DNA of 64,000 bases, taken from NCBI RefSeq assembly GCF_002571385.2, contig NW_019217940.1, positions 283,432 to 347,431 of the forward strand. Direction: 5' to 3'. This document shows positions 22,610-34,945 of the stretch, piece after piece. The notes beneath the pieces are model-generated. The model was not told the origin of the DNA, did no database searches, and saw only the letters and a list, made by a program, of their open reading frames with translations. Source of the DNA: Stylophora pistillata. Its lineage: Eukaryota. Made by a program: the position numbers and the translations under genes. The first letter of the stretch is position 1, and every line of letters starts with the position of its first letter.

Positions 22610-24804
22610 AGTGAAGTAAACGGGAATGCCTAGGGATTGCATTGGAGCTGAGAGTCCTCAACCAAACATTACATGGAGAACTTTCTGCGTTAACCTGTTG
22701 GAGCCCTAGGTTCAAATGTTGAGGAGCTTAATATCCAAGGTTGCACCGTGAGACTTCCGGGTTTCTTACCAGTCCAAAATCTAAGTCAGTAGTTAAGAGA
22801 TCAAAAACTTAAGCAGCCTTAAAATGAATGGAGCGAAACAAATATTGACGGCCGCGACTTTAAAAAGAATACATTTATTTACACTAGCTTATTTATCATT
22901 GTTTTGGGCGTGTCTTCTCTGCATGAGTTGTTGTTTACGAACTTTGGGCTGAAAACGGAACATTTTCATAATGAACGCTCCCGATCCAATCTGAAAATGA
23001 GCCATTATCCTGACAAAATCGAGCTTCAGTATGACATAAGCAATAGCATCTTGTTGAGTTTGGTTGATGTAAGAGTACCCTAACTTTGCAACAATATGTA
23101 AATTGTCCAAAAGACGAGCCAAATGAATTGATTAGCTTGTGAAGCACTTGCGGATACTGAGAATAAACTAACTAGTTCACAAGCCTGAGAAGTCCCTAAG
23201 TACTAAGTCATTGGAAACATTGACTCAAGGAGCAGAGAACAATTTCCTTCTCCTTGAGGGAGAATTCATCACTCTTATATGACTGTGGTGTGAATAGAGA
23301 TCTTTGATACCTTATAAGACACGTTGGACGCAGGGGCAGTATGGTGAGTTCGATCACAAGGCGAATACGAGAATAATGAGCTGCGTGTTCTATCAAGTTC
23401 AGTCCTCATCAAACCCAAACGAGTCCAAGTTAAGAGACAGCTGAAATATATCTGAAACGTTGCTGTACTCCTATTCCAACTACTTATAATCTACCGACAA
23501 AACGACACAGAATTCGAACGCTGAATTTTGATAATGAAGCTGTGGATCAAGCAGTTTTGTAAGTTGAATGTATTAAACACGGCCGATTTATATGTTGTTA
23601 AAAGAAATGAGGATAGTAGGTGTGTGATGGCGAAAGTTTTTTCCCGAATGCGCACGCTCGAGTAACCATTGTATTCAGGCAAAAATCCTTAGAATAAACA
23701 CCTGCAAATTGGAGCTGAAAATTTCCTGGAGCATCCAGTCCGTAGTTCAGCCAAGCAGCTAAATCTTTGACCGTTAAATTTTCATTTGAGCTCTCTATTT
23801 CGTTTACAAAATAACAAAAAAAGATATTATTTATGCACTTATCCTTGGTTTACTATAATATCCATTGAAACTTATTTGTGGATTTAAGTTGAGGAACTGA
23901 TATTTTCAAAATTGTTATCATAACGTCCTGTTTATACAATTCCTATTGTCTAGGTAGTCCTTGTCGCATTCGTCGCGTAGAAATGACAGATAAGACTCGA
24001 AAGTTCTGAACTATCTTTAAATTTGGCCTACCACAGTGATATGGAGGCTAAAATTTATGAAGGAAAAACAATTAATAATATCAAACAATTCAGTCGTAAA
24101 GACATGGAAGTCTATTGATTGTCTAGAAACGCGGCCTCGGGTAGACTTCCTTTAAACAGCCGTCCTTTGAAATTCTTAGCTTTAAGTGAGTCAATTAAAA
24201 TTTTTTCCTTCACGTTTTTCTCGTTTCTTAATCTTAATTCTGCTTCTACTTAGAATCAAAAACTGATTGCAAAAAGTTGATTTTTTATGCATTTTGGTCT
24301 CATTTTACCACACGTTGTGTTTCATTTTCAGGCGTTTGAAGTTTCGGTTTTCTCCGCGTAAACAATGTAGTGACTCGGTGTTTTATTATTTTAATTTGTA
24401 ACCCTGGTGACTGCCCAGTCTGCCGAGATACTTATTTTCGGTTAGCAACATCTACCTCTTAAGAAAGTCGGCTCGAAAGCAAACAGGACAAATTCAAAGT
24501 AATTAGCACATGGGGTAATTAACGGTTTGTGTCATTGTTTTTGCTTTGATCTCGCCTGGCAAAGAGAAGCAAAAGAAGAACTGTTTTGAATTAAACAAGA
24601 CACAAAAGTATCGAAAGCGAAGTGTATTACCACTTCCGGTCTGTCGCGCATTTAGATTAGGGGGGTTCGCCCCTGCCATACAATTTAGCGGAAACATGCA
24701 GGGAAAGTGCCTGCGAAGCAGAAAGTTATCATGTTTGTTACTAAACTTCAATACGTTTTGTCGTCTTGCTACAGGGAAACAGACGGTAAATGTTCAAATT
24801 TGAC

Positions 24805-26358
24805 ATGGTTGTGATCATAAAGATGAAGGGTCTTCCATGGGAGGCTACGGCGCGAGAAATTAGGCAATTTTACCGAGGGTTGGACATAAGCGAGGATGAT
24901 ATTCATTTAGCTCCAAGCCAAGAAGGAAAGGCATCTGGATTTGCATTTGCATGCTTCAAAAAGGATGATGAAGCGAGGAAGGCTATGTTTAGGAATGGAA
25001 ATTACGTTGGAAAACGATACATCGAGCTTGTTCTAAGTAGCCAGTCGGAAATGGATAAGATTTTGAGCGAGGGCGTACGATTTCGCCGATTTGAAGGCGA
25101 ACGCCCTCCTATCAAAGACATCAAATCCCAGACTGAAATTAAGTCGAGGTCGAATGGTTTGAAAGAGAGTTCAAGAAGTAGTCGAGATATTCCTCGGCGA
25201 TCAAGGAGTCGAAGTCCAATTCGAAACAGCAGTGCGGTTGATGGTTCTAAAAGTCAGAGGGACCATAGTGCTTTGAGTGAGCGACGAGAAACTAAGAAGT
25301 TCAGTGAACGTAGTAGTTTGCGAAACGTAAACGTGAGAGGTGTCAATGGACTGTCAACGAAACGAGACGAACAAGACCGGAGGGGACGGGATAAGGAAAA
25401 GAGGAGGGATTTTGACAAAAGTGTCGATCGACGACGTCCGCGAAGCTACAGCAAAGATAAGGAAGGAAAGGGAACTCAACGTGAGACCTCTTTTGCCAAT
25501 GGAAGGCGGGAAATGACGAATGGTTTTAGACGAGTTCTCATGAGCAGTTTAAATAGAAGCCGCCATGACTCAACTAGTCGGGATGGTTCAAAATCCACTT
25601 GGGTTCATATTACTTCTCTACCTTACAGTGTAACTGAAGATGAGATCGTTCAGTTTTTCTCAGGGCTGAATGTGCTAAATGTTCAGCTTATGTTTCACAC
25701 ATCTGGACCATATGCTGGGAAAAATAATGGAGAGGCGTTTGTGGAGTTCAGGACAGTTGGGGACCGTATACAGGGAGAAGACAGAAACCGTCAGTACCTA
25801 AAAAGAAGATCTGTGGGTGTAAAACAATGCAGTCTGGAAGATGTGTTGGCTGCACTGGAGAACAGAGATTCTTGGACACCCCAGGAACCAGCCGTAACTA
25901 GGCCCAGCTTCTCTCCAGAGAGTACAATGTATTCTGTAGGGAACATGAACGGGGAAAGTCAAAATCTTTCAGCTGCTGACATGGGTATGGCTAATGTTGT
26001 GATGAATTCTCCAGGAAAGATACCTATTCCTCCCAATGAAGTTGGTGGTATGGATGGGCAAGTTAATCCACTGAACCAGCTTGCTGCAGGGGCAAATATA
26101 AGTATGAATGATATCCAAGCAGGCTGTGTGATTGGCATGCGTAATTTACCCTCCACAGTTTCTGCTGAGGAGATTTTGGATTTCTTTTATGGGTTCCCAA
26201 TTATTCCAGACTCCATTCGCATTCACTACCTTGCGCCTGGCCGATCATCTGGGGATGCCATGGTTACATTACCAACAAGTGGGGAAGCTCACAGTGCAAT
26301 TAAGCAGCTTAACAACAAGCCTGTTGGAAAACGAAAAGTTCAACTATTTTTGGTCTAA
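24805..26358 (+). CDS. RBM12: RBM12/RBM12B-like quasi-RRM RNA-binding protein, single coding exon, ~517 aa
   Basis: N-terminus MVVIIKMKGLPWEATAREIRQFY and C-terminus NLPSTVSAEEILDFFYGF..GDAMV..LNNKPVGKRKVQLFLV match the RBM12-family termini. Three hnRNP-F/H-type qRRMs and an RS/RD-rich linker. Confidence 0.85.
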   Translation: MVVIIKMKGLPWEATAREIRQFYRGLDISEDDIHLAPSQEGKASGFAFACFKKDDEARKAMFRNGNYVGKRYIELVLSSQSEMDKILSEGVRFRRFEGERPPIKDIKSQTEIKSRSNGLKESSRSSRDIPRRSRSRSPIRNSSAVDGSKSQRDHSALSERRETKKFSERSSLRNVNVRGVNGLSTKRDEQDRRGRDKEKRRDFDKSVDRRRPRSYSKDKEGKGTQRETSFANGRREMTNGFRRVLMSSLNRSRHDSTSRDGSKSTWVHITSLPYSVTEDEIVQFFSGLNVLNVQLMFHTSGPYAGKNNGEAFVEFRTVGDRIQGEDRNRQYLKRRSVGVKQCSLEDVLAALENRDSWTPQEPAVTRPSFSPESTMYSVGNMNGESQNLSAADMGMANVVMNSPGKIPIPPNEVGGMDGQVNPLNQLAAGANISMNDIQAGCVIGMRNLPSTVSAEEILDFFYGFPIIPDSIRIHYLAPGRSSGDAMVTLPTSGEAHSAIKQLNNKPVGKRKVQLFLV

Positions 26359-28840
26359 AAGAGAGGGGAAGACGTTTCAAAGGATATCTTAGAAGGGATC
26401 ATGTACACATGTATTTTCTTAAATTGACTAGATTTAGTATTATTTGTAATTCACATGTAAGTTAGTGGGTTTCAAAAGCAGAATAAGGAACATTTTCTCT
26501 GGATGCCTTGTAATATTGGTATGGGTTTTCAGTAGTATGAAACAATTTGATGTTGGTCATGATATGAAGAGTCAGTAAATTGTACCTGATTGGATAGCCT
26601 GTCTATGAAAGTTAATTTCTGTGGAGAAAATCATATATCTTAATCTGAAATTTTGATTGAGGTAGTTTTGAGAGAGACGATTTTTTTATTTCTATGTGAT
26701 ATAATGTACCATAAATCATTGTAATAGCTTCATCTGATCTTAATCTGCTAGCTGGAACACATTTTTGGTGCCTCTGGTAGTAGTACATAGTTTGCATGAT
26801 CAGGATCAAGGGCTTGTTTGCTACTCAAGTTTAAAATCCATTGGCTTGAAAATGAGCTTTGGGAGTTATAACATAAGAAGTTGGAACAGACTACACTCAA
26901 TCAAATATTGGCCAAGTTCAAGTAGTCTGGATTTTTGGTAGTGTCATGGAAAGAGGATTTACTCAGGAGCTCTTCGTGTTTGCATTGTGTGAGTCAACTA
27001 AATGTTTATTGGGTACTGTTTTTGTGATACTTGGACATTTATCCATTCAAATGGAAGTCTGGTCAGAATTCTTCACAACTTGGGTGGAATTTTACCTGTA
27101 CACGAGTTAGGGTGAGAGTTTTTGGCTCATGTTGTGACAAATTTTTTTTTTTTATCAAGACAAGCAATCCACACGGTTTCTCTGATTCTTTATACATTTG
27201 GTAGGTTTGTGAAAAAGCAACCAGTTTAGTAGTTGCATTTTAGAACGTTTTGTAACGATCTTGTTTGTATCACGGCGAAAGTTTGTTATTAAATATTCAA
27301 ACAAGCGACCAAATGATCTCTAGCCCGCTGTTCGTGATGCAAATCATATCAACTTCGACAAGAGTTATCTCGAGAAAGTAATTATTCCTCGTGGTTATGC
27401 CTCAGTGAACTCAGCTATTTGTGTTTGCCGTTTATATTTAACCACTGCTGTAGAAGATTTATTGACAGATACCGCTTCATTTGGATGACAAAGCTTGAGG
27501 CGATTCAACCATGTAGATTTTCTGCAAAATCATCTTACAGACTAAAGGGGTTGGCGTCATTTCTCTGGCGACAGTGGAGGGTTTTGACAGCAGGCATTGT
27601 TTTGGAGCCTAAATCATTATGCCCTCTGGCTCTGTCTATTAATAACTCACATGATTGTCACGCAAGGAAACGGCAGTTGGCACGCAATCTTTCATTTGTT
27701 CTAATTCACTGGGCATGGGTGCCTTTCAATTTAGAGATCGTTTGCCAAGCGTGCGACGCCCCTGTGTTAGTGGTTTTTGTTTAATTATATTTTATCACAT
27801 TCCACTAAAAAGCACAGAGGGGAAACTTAAAACAGAACTTGACAGAACTTACCCTGTCATCTGTGGAATTTAGGTTAGCCGACAATGTGACAGGCAACGA
27901 ATTTCAAAACAGGTCATACCCGTGTGACGGCGTTTGAAATATAAGAGCAAGTGATTCTTGCTGAAGAAATAATCAACAGATTCAACTCCTTTTAAATAGA
28001 GTTCTAAACTTAATAACACCCCAGAAATAATGGTACAAGTTTCAGAATTCAGACGAAGGATTCCAAGTTGGTTAATGATGTGGCCTGTTCCAGAGGAGTT
28101 TCCTTCATCTATCCCAGCAAACAAATCAGTTGTATGTGATCTGAGCGTGTTCTTTTCCACACAAAAAATGAACAATTTTCTTTTATTGTTCGTAGTTAAA
28201 AACCCTACATGCGGTTTCATTTATTGGAACGAACGAAAACGTAGGTAGTGGGTAGTATTGCTACTTGTTTGACGGATAATAGCCAATCTTTTGAGAGAAT
28301 ATCAATCCTTATGGCCGGTACAAGACCAAAGAATCTTCGATTCTATGAACTAATACTAAGAAATAATTATATTCTCTTCAAATACGATTAACCTGGATTC
28401 TGACAAACAGCACTGTTCAATTTTGGAAGGGGGTTCCCCTTTTGTTCACTTTGCGGAGAATGAATCTTTGTCGAAACCGAAAGGTCTTGAACTTGTCATG
28501 ATACAGATGTTAACTTTATTACAGTCTGCAAACCGCCATCTCAAAACAGCAATAGTGAGAAATCTGAATCGAAATGAAACTGGCTTTAAAAAAAGAAAGG
28601 AAAGAAAATTAATTTGGTTTGGTATTGCTTCGCAGCAACTTACTAAACTCTCCAAATTCCTGCCTTGTATCAATCCGAAACACCTCGGGAATCTGAGCGG
28701 TCACTAATACATTCAGTTCAGGTATGTTCTAAAACCTTAAAATAAAGTACGACGAAGGCACTTCCAACGGTACGTACAGCGGATAACGCCATGTCATCTA
28801 GGATTACATCATTCCATATTATATTTAAGCCTACGTTTTA

Positions 28841-28972
28841 TACAGTGGAACCTCGATTTCACGAACCTCTACAGGACCTCTACAAGTCCTCGGTATAACG
28901 AACGATACTTCAGTTTCCGCCGGGCTAAAGTTACAGTAAAATGTACGCCACAGAACCTCGATATAACGAACC
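28841..28972 (+). mobile_element. Partial pogo/Tc1-mariner-type MITE end
   Basis: TA|CAGTGGAACCTCGAT terminus with internal repeats of gaacctcgatataacgaa; the opposite TIR was not found. Confidence 0.5.
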
Positions 28973-30311
28973 AAGTTCCCCAGTCAGCAACCCGATCCGG
29001 AATTTGGGTACAGAAAAGTTGAAGAGAGAGTTCAAGAAACTGACTTCAACGCGTAACGTCTGGGAGCCAAATATCACCTGTTCAATAAAAGGTTATCATA
29101 CTGAAGCAAGTGTTTATAAACACTCCAACTAACTTGAAGATCACCTTTCAGATTATCTCAGAAACTTTCCATTATCATTGGGAACTTTCAAAATGTTTAA
29201 ATGTGAAATATTTATTTAAAGAAAAAGCATATCCAGGGCGAACTGTGAAGCATTGAAAAAATATATATATCGCGGTTGAATAAGCGGCCCAAACAATATC
29301 ATGGTACAAATCGATTCTGTAAAGAATATTTAATTTTTTTTTTTTAACTGAAAGGACCTGTAAAAAATCCATTCGTGTTGAGTCTTTTGCAGTTCCATAC
29401 ATAAAAGGCCATCTGGGATATTTTTAAGTCATCAACACATTCATTACTTTCTTTCCTGTAACGGTGGACGAAGCCAAACAAAATTTCGGCGCCAGGATCA
29501 AAGTTAGGTTACAAAATCTTTTTTTTTTTTTAATACAAAGCTTCGTGAAAACAAAAATTAAATACAAAAAAAACAATAATTGAATAAATAATTCAAGGAT
29601 TTTAATGTGTTCATATGAAAACTTTTGACAATTTCTGAACAAAAGAGGGTTAAAATAAGCCATTTAGCCATCCCTGGGTTTGGCCAAATGAGAGTACAAA
29701 ATGTAGCGAGGTGGAATCGATCATTCAAGTGAAAAAAGATTGGAAAGAATCCTTGAAGTTACCTATTGTTTGCGTGAAGACATGACGGCCTAAAATGAGC
29801 AAATACTGCAATCACCTTAATAAGTCCCCTATCTACAGCTTCAAGTACGTATCTAGTAATCTCCTTCCTTCTCTTTCATAAGCCTCTCGCCTTTCCATCC
29901 TTTCCGATAGAAACTCTAGTTTTGTTGTGTATTTGGTCTAGGTAACGTTTTCGAATAAAGTTGTCCTGTCAGTTTCCGTTACATACCTACAGAAATGCAT
30001 TGAAGCGCGGTATGGGTCAGATGAGAAGTGACGAATCACAGTTTGGTTTCATGAGTTAGTTCTTGGTGAGCTCTCTTTCCCCCAACTCTCTCTCTCTCAC
30101 AGATACAATCCCCCATCTAAAAGTCCTGGGAGTTAACAAGCCCTCGGTGGAGGTTTGGTAGAGCCTTTACGGCAAATACAGTATTCAAAATTGTCTCTCG
30201 TCGACTGATGCTTTGTTCGTGCTCCACATACTAAATTGACAACCCTCTCTCAGCCAACACACACTAAGAAGTGCACGTGCAATTTCCTGTTCAGCCAATA
30301 GGAATTGCCTG

Positions 30312-33300
30312 TCATTCAAAATCACTAGTATCCTCGTCACCATCTACACCCCTGTCACTCCTCCCAGTTCTATTTAGAGACTGTTGTGATCCCAAGGACC
30401 CTTGAGAGCTGAATCGGTTGAGCGAGGCCTGGGAATCATTTTTCACCACATCCAGGCGAGAGGGTGCTGCTGCAGAGTGGAGGTCATTCTGGAATGCCTG
30501 TGGACAAGTGGGGACATTGAGCACCTATCCTAACCAGAAATGGATCATCTAATTTTTTTTTTTTACACTACAACCTCAATAAGCTATCCTTAAACACTCA
30601 TATTGAATAGTGACATGTCACTCCATAACTTTGGTGTCAGACAAGTGATAAAAAAAAAAACCCATACGTCTGATGGTGGGAAAGATCAGCCCTACACCCT
30701 TTCCCCTGACCTGCTTCTGATAAACAACAGTTAAATAAAAAAAAAAAAAACTTAATCAGACTGTATGAAGTGTAGACATGTAAAACTCTGACATTACCTT
30801 TGAGCCTATGATGGGTAATCAAGACGAACAGGAATAAAATTGACAAAAAAAAAACCCTATAAAAATTCACTCTGCATTTTAGTATAACTGCTTTAAAATG
30901 TGACAGTAATTAACGGGAGAGCTAGTGGTGTATGCAAAAAAAGTTGCTAAACAGGAAATCTGCTTGGCCTGCTGGGATTTTTTCTTTTTGAGTATTTTAT
31001 TAACCTTGCAAACAGGGTTCCTCCCCTTTTTTCAGAACAAATTTCAAGGAATTTTCCAGGACTCGAATTGATTTTTGAACGACTCCAACTTTCATCTTAA
31101 ACCCTTTCATTCCCTAGATTTCAAAATCAATTCTCCTTACAGTCTACATGCATTTGTTACAACACTGATTCTGAAAATTTTATTGTTTCATTTAAGCAGA
31201 TTTCCAAGACTTTCCTGGACTTGTAGTCTTTTTCCAGGACTTTTCTTGTACAAACAGTTTATTTGGGAGGCTTGAAGCTAAATAACCACTCTTTAACTGA
31301 AAGCTCTTTCTTCTTCAAAATGAGAAGAAAGAACAGTCATAGAATGAATAGTCAAGAGAAAAAATTATAAGGTCCCTTTGCAACCATATAACCCTTTTTT
31401 ACATACGGCATGTAAAATAACATGCCTTGTTGCTCCAAAAATGTCAAACTGATTTGAGAATTAGTGTAAAATAGGCCACTTCTGAGAATTAACAACAGCT
31501 TTGTGTACTAATGACTCACACAATCAGCAAATTCATTTTTGTTCCCTCACAAACTTTCTGCACTGCTGAATTAACAATACCTCTATGTCTTGCTCCTCAT
31601 CCAGGGAACCCAGATGCTGAAATGCAGTTGTATAGAGCTCGAGGGCTTTGGCATGAAACATCATTTGACCATGAAAAAAATTGCTAAATACCAACTGTAA
31701 AAGTATAGAAATCATTATTCATCCAAATTACATTATTGTGGTGTCTATCAAGCTTACTTGTTTTAATCAGCTTGATATCCCTTTCACTTCCAAGATTGGT
31801 AATTCTCTTTACTGTCTGTATTGTACTGTTTAACTGATAAATCCTTAATTGATATTTTTCTTTATTCTCATCATTTGTCCACTTGATATTGTATTGAAAC
31901 AGTGAGGAGAAATTCTGTCTTGGTCACTTTTGGGAGTCAAAGGGTTACCGTAAGTAGATGCTAATCAGAGAACTCACCCTGCTATTGAGCGGCTACAAAG
32001 ATATCCTTATTTCAGAGTGACAGTAGGCATTCCTATCTATTCTGATTATCTAAACCTGTACTTTGTCCTTTGACAAAAATACAACCAGTATACCCAGAAC
32101 TGAAAGCTGCAAATTAAAAGTCCATCCAATTCTCACCCTGATGTCTTCCATCTTCTTTCTTTCAAATTCCACCATTTGTTCTTCCAGTGTCTGTCTTGAT
32201 CGGTTAGCATCAACAGCTAACTTTTGCAGGTCCTCCTCAGCCTGGAATATACAAATTCACAGAGTCTTTCAACAAATTTAGTCTCAATTAAAAATAAAAA
32301 ACTGCTTCTTTTGTATCAGCAAACAATATAGTCTACACTTCTTTGCAAGAGTTACAAGAAATAGGACATTTTCTTTTGAAATACCACCATAAATGATGCT
32401 CTAATCCCCTAGAATTGAAGTTGCCACCCACCTGTGACTGTAAAAGAGTTAAGAAAAATATTCTCATTGAACAACATGCAAGAAAACTGCAGGATATATT
32501 TAATATGTGGGAGATGCACTGGCCTGATGGTCAGTTCACTGATCTCTGGGTTAAGAGGTCCAGATTCGAGACCTGGCTGAATCAATGTGTTGCCTTCTTC
32601 AGCAAAACATTTTATTCTCACAGTGCCTCTCTTCAACCCAGGAATATAAATGGGAGTGGCAAATTGCCAGGGAAGCCTGATGAAAAGCTTAGCATGGGAG
32701 TAGCCTTGTGATGGACTAGCATCCCCTCCTCTCAGTCTCTTCAAGCTACATGGAAACTGGGATAACTCCAGCTGGGTGAACCACTAAGCTCTAGACTTTA
32801 ATTCATGTATTTAATATGTAACATTGTGAGCTTGATAGGATCCATTTAAGTCTAGCTATAGAACATATTTCCTTGGGAAAGTTCCTTTCCTTGGGAACAT
32901 ATTTGTTGCCTGAGAAAGAATTCAAGGATACAATTTTTCCCTTGTTCTTTGGTTCTTTAGCCTTGAGTTTATCCACTGCTTTGAGTTTTACTGATTCTTT
33001 TTCTCTGGTGACGGCCAGTTCCTTGACATATTCTCTGGCATGTTTGACATTTGTGGCATTCAAAGACAATGGGGGAGAAACCTTTGCTTCCATGAAGTCT
33101 ACCTGTAAATTAGATATTGTTATAGAATAATAAACCTTTTTTGGAACAAGGGGGGAGTGCATAAAATTGTGGTAAGAGTTAAACTTGGCTTTACATAAAC
33201 AATTCATTTCACTCTTCCCAATACGAGAGTCTTCATTTAAAAGAATCCCACAGAAGATGGAGGGTAGGAGGGAAAGATGCTTATTCTCTTTGGCGATACT

Positions 33301-34536
33301 CAAAACAAGTCCACCACAACTAACAGCAAGGATACAACACGATACAAACAAACAAGTGGTCACATTGTATGGTCCCATTCCACATCAAAGCAAAGATACA
33401 GTTACAGTGTAGATTATCTGCAAACTCAATTTAGGAGAGGTAAGGGGACGATGTCTTGGGAACCAGAAAGGCTTAGGGCTGCAGGTACTGGTATCCCTTT
33501 TTATTCAATTTTTTCAACACTAGGAAGAGGGTGACAAAGGGTTTATATGTGATGCATAATTAAGACCAAAAGGGTCTGTATGCAATGCATAGTTAGGTTC
33601 CAAAAGGGTTTATATGCAATACCCATAATTAAGCCCAAAAGGGTTTATATGCAATACATAATTAAGCCCAATATGAATAAGTGATATGTGAAGTTTTCAC
33701 AAAGGCAAGGCTAGCCCAGAATTAGAGTTTTTCTTTAAAATTCATGATGTTTGAGTTTTATACAATTTGTGCATGAAATACGATCAGGACCCTCTCTTTT
33801 GCTATCCTCTGGGATGATAAACCTTACTGGTAAATTTTAATTAAGTACAGGAATTTTCTGGGAAAGATGGTTTACCTTGAAAGAAGTGTCACTTCAAAGA
33901 TTTAAAATAAAGGTTTTATCATCTGAGCCGGTCAGTTTCTAACACAATGGTCTCCATTATTTTGAGACAGATATCAAATTCCTGTTAATAATTGAAACAC
34001 AAATTTCCTTTTACCTGGGCTCCCATATAGTCCTGCACTGCAGCTATACTTTCACTGATGCCACCTAAACTTGCCTTCATTGATGGGTACTCATCATCGG
34101 AAAAGATATCTACACTCTTTGATAGTTTCATGCCTTTTTCTTGCAAGGATTGTAGTCCTGCGGCATAAGCTGTAAAATCTTTCAGTAATGTGCTGAAAGA
34201 TCTCTCCGCAAGGTTGATCCTCTCTGTTATAACTTTGTTTTCGTGATCCCTGAAATATTGCACCGGTACATTTAAACGCAGAAGTAATTAACACGAAACT
34301 TCTCCGTGTGTCACGCCCATACATTATCCAGCAAACAGAAAACTTATAAGATAGAAGTCGTTCTCTTGATCTGACACCAAATTCTCGTAACTTAAGTTTA
34401 CAAGGAAATATATTAAATGACGTGCGTCATCTATCTGAACCAGATCTAAATGAATTACATTTGCAAACCTTGCTTTCGTCTCACTTCGCATCTCACTGGG
34501 AGTTGAAGCATTCAGATTTGATGTAGACTTTTTCAT
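30312..34536 (-). CDS. CIBAR1: CBY1-interacting BAR domain protein (FAM92/CIBAR), 294 aa, complement(join(30312..30497,31581..31694,32137..32241,32432..32437,32932..33102,34015..34249,34469..34536))
   Basis: Spliced product ..AAVQDYMGAQ|VDFMEAKV..KGKI|SQ|AEEDLQK..FERKKMEDIR|LVFSNF..MMFHAKALELYTTAFQHL..DEEQDIE|AFQNDL..SRLDVV is colinear with FAM92A. All phases close (885 nt). Confidence 0.9.
31776..31947. mobile_element. Degenerate MITE-like repeat (CCCTTT...AAAGGGTTA)
   Basis: Begins atccctttcacttccaaga and ends tttgggagtcaaagggtta; similar to 15082-15260. Confidence 0.55.
32438..32931 (-). other. U12-type (minor spliceosome) GT-AG intron
   Basis: 5' splice site GTATCCTT; branch site TTCTTAAC (32455-32448) 10 nt upstream of the exon boundary. 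Confidence 0.85.
32505..32800 (+). mobile_element. tRNA-derived SINE (Deu/Nin-domain-like core) inside the FAM92 minor intron; related 3' fragment at ~63625-63745
   Basis: A box tggcctgatggt, B-box-like gattcgagacc, and core cattttattctcacagtgcctctcttcaacccaggaatataaatggg. Confidence 0.7.
33535..33672. repeat. Minisatellite, ~33-35 bp x 4
   Basis: Unit caaaagggtttatatgcaatacataattaagcc. Confidence 0.85.
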
Positions 34537-34539
34537 ATT

Positions 34540-34945
34540 TCATCGGAATCTCACAAATCGTTTGTAGATACTGTCTGGTCAAAGCTTCGAGAAGCCACCT
34601 GCCGGCCTGCATTGATCTGCTGTAAATTATGGACGCGATCAAAACATCACCAAAGCAACCATTTAACGTTTGCTTCGCTCAGTGATTTATTCAAGAAGGC
34701 CGTAGTTTTTACTTCTGACGCAGAGATCTTTGCACAATAGTCTTTCGGTACAAGCTTGCAGTAAATGCATCCAGCTATCTCTCGAGTTTCAACAGCTTTA
34801 GACTTGCTGGTATAATAATTCCTCTCCTTTGCGGGGAGGTGAAGGGCAGTTTTTTCGTTTTTTTTTTTTGTATGTCTTTTTTTTTTTGTCACGCATGTCC
34901 GCATGCGCATTTGTAGTCATTTCCCGGTTCGCCATCTTGTCTCCA
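34540..34945. promoter_or_regulatory. Probable bidirectional promoter (FAM92 on -, dsRBM gene on +)
   Basis: Head-to-head arrangement; NRF1-like cGCATGCGCA (34900-34909) and YY1-like cGCCATctt (34930-34938); first donor of the + gene CAG|gtaaga at 35118. Confidence 0.55.

Noticed and set aside
27419-28250. Overlapping ORFs and a minus-strand GRRTLGKRSLN* neuropeptide-like snippet near 27730-27765
   Set aside because: No upstream exon with a signal peptide could be joined in frame, and neighbouring candidate exons contain stops in all frames.
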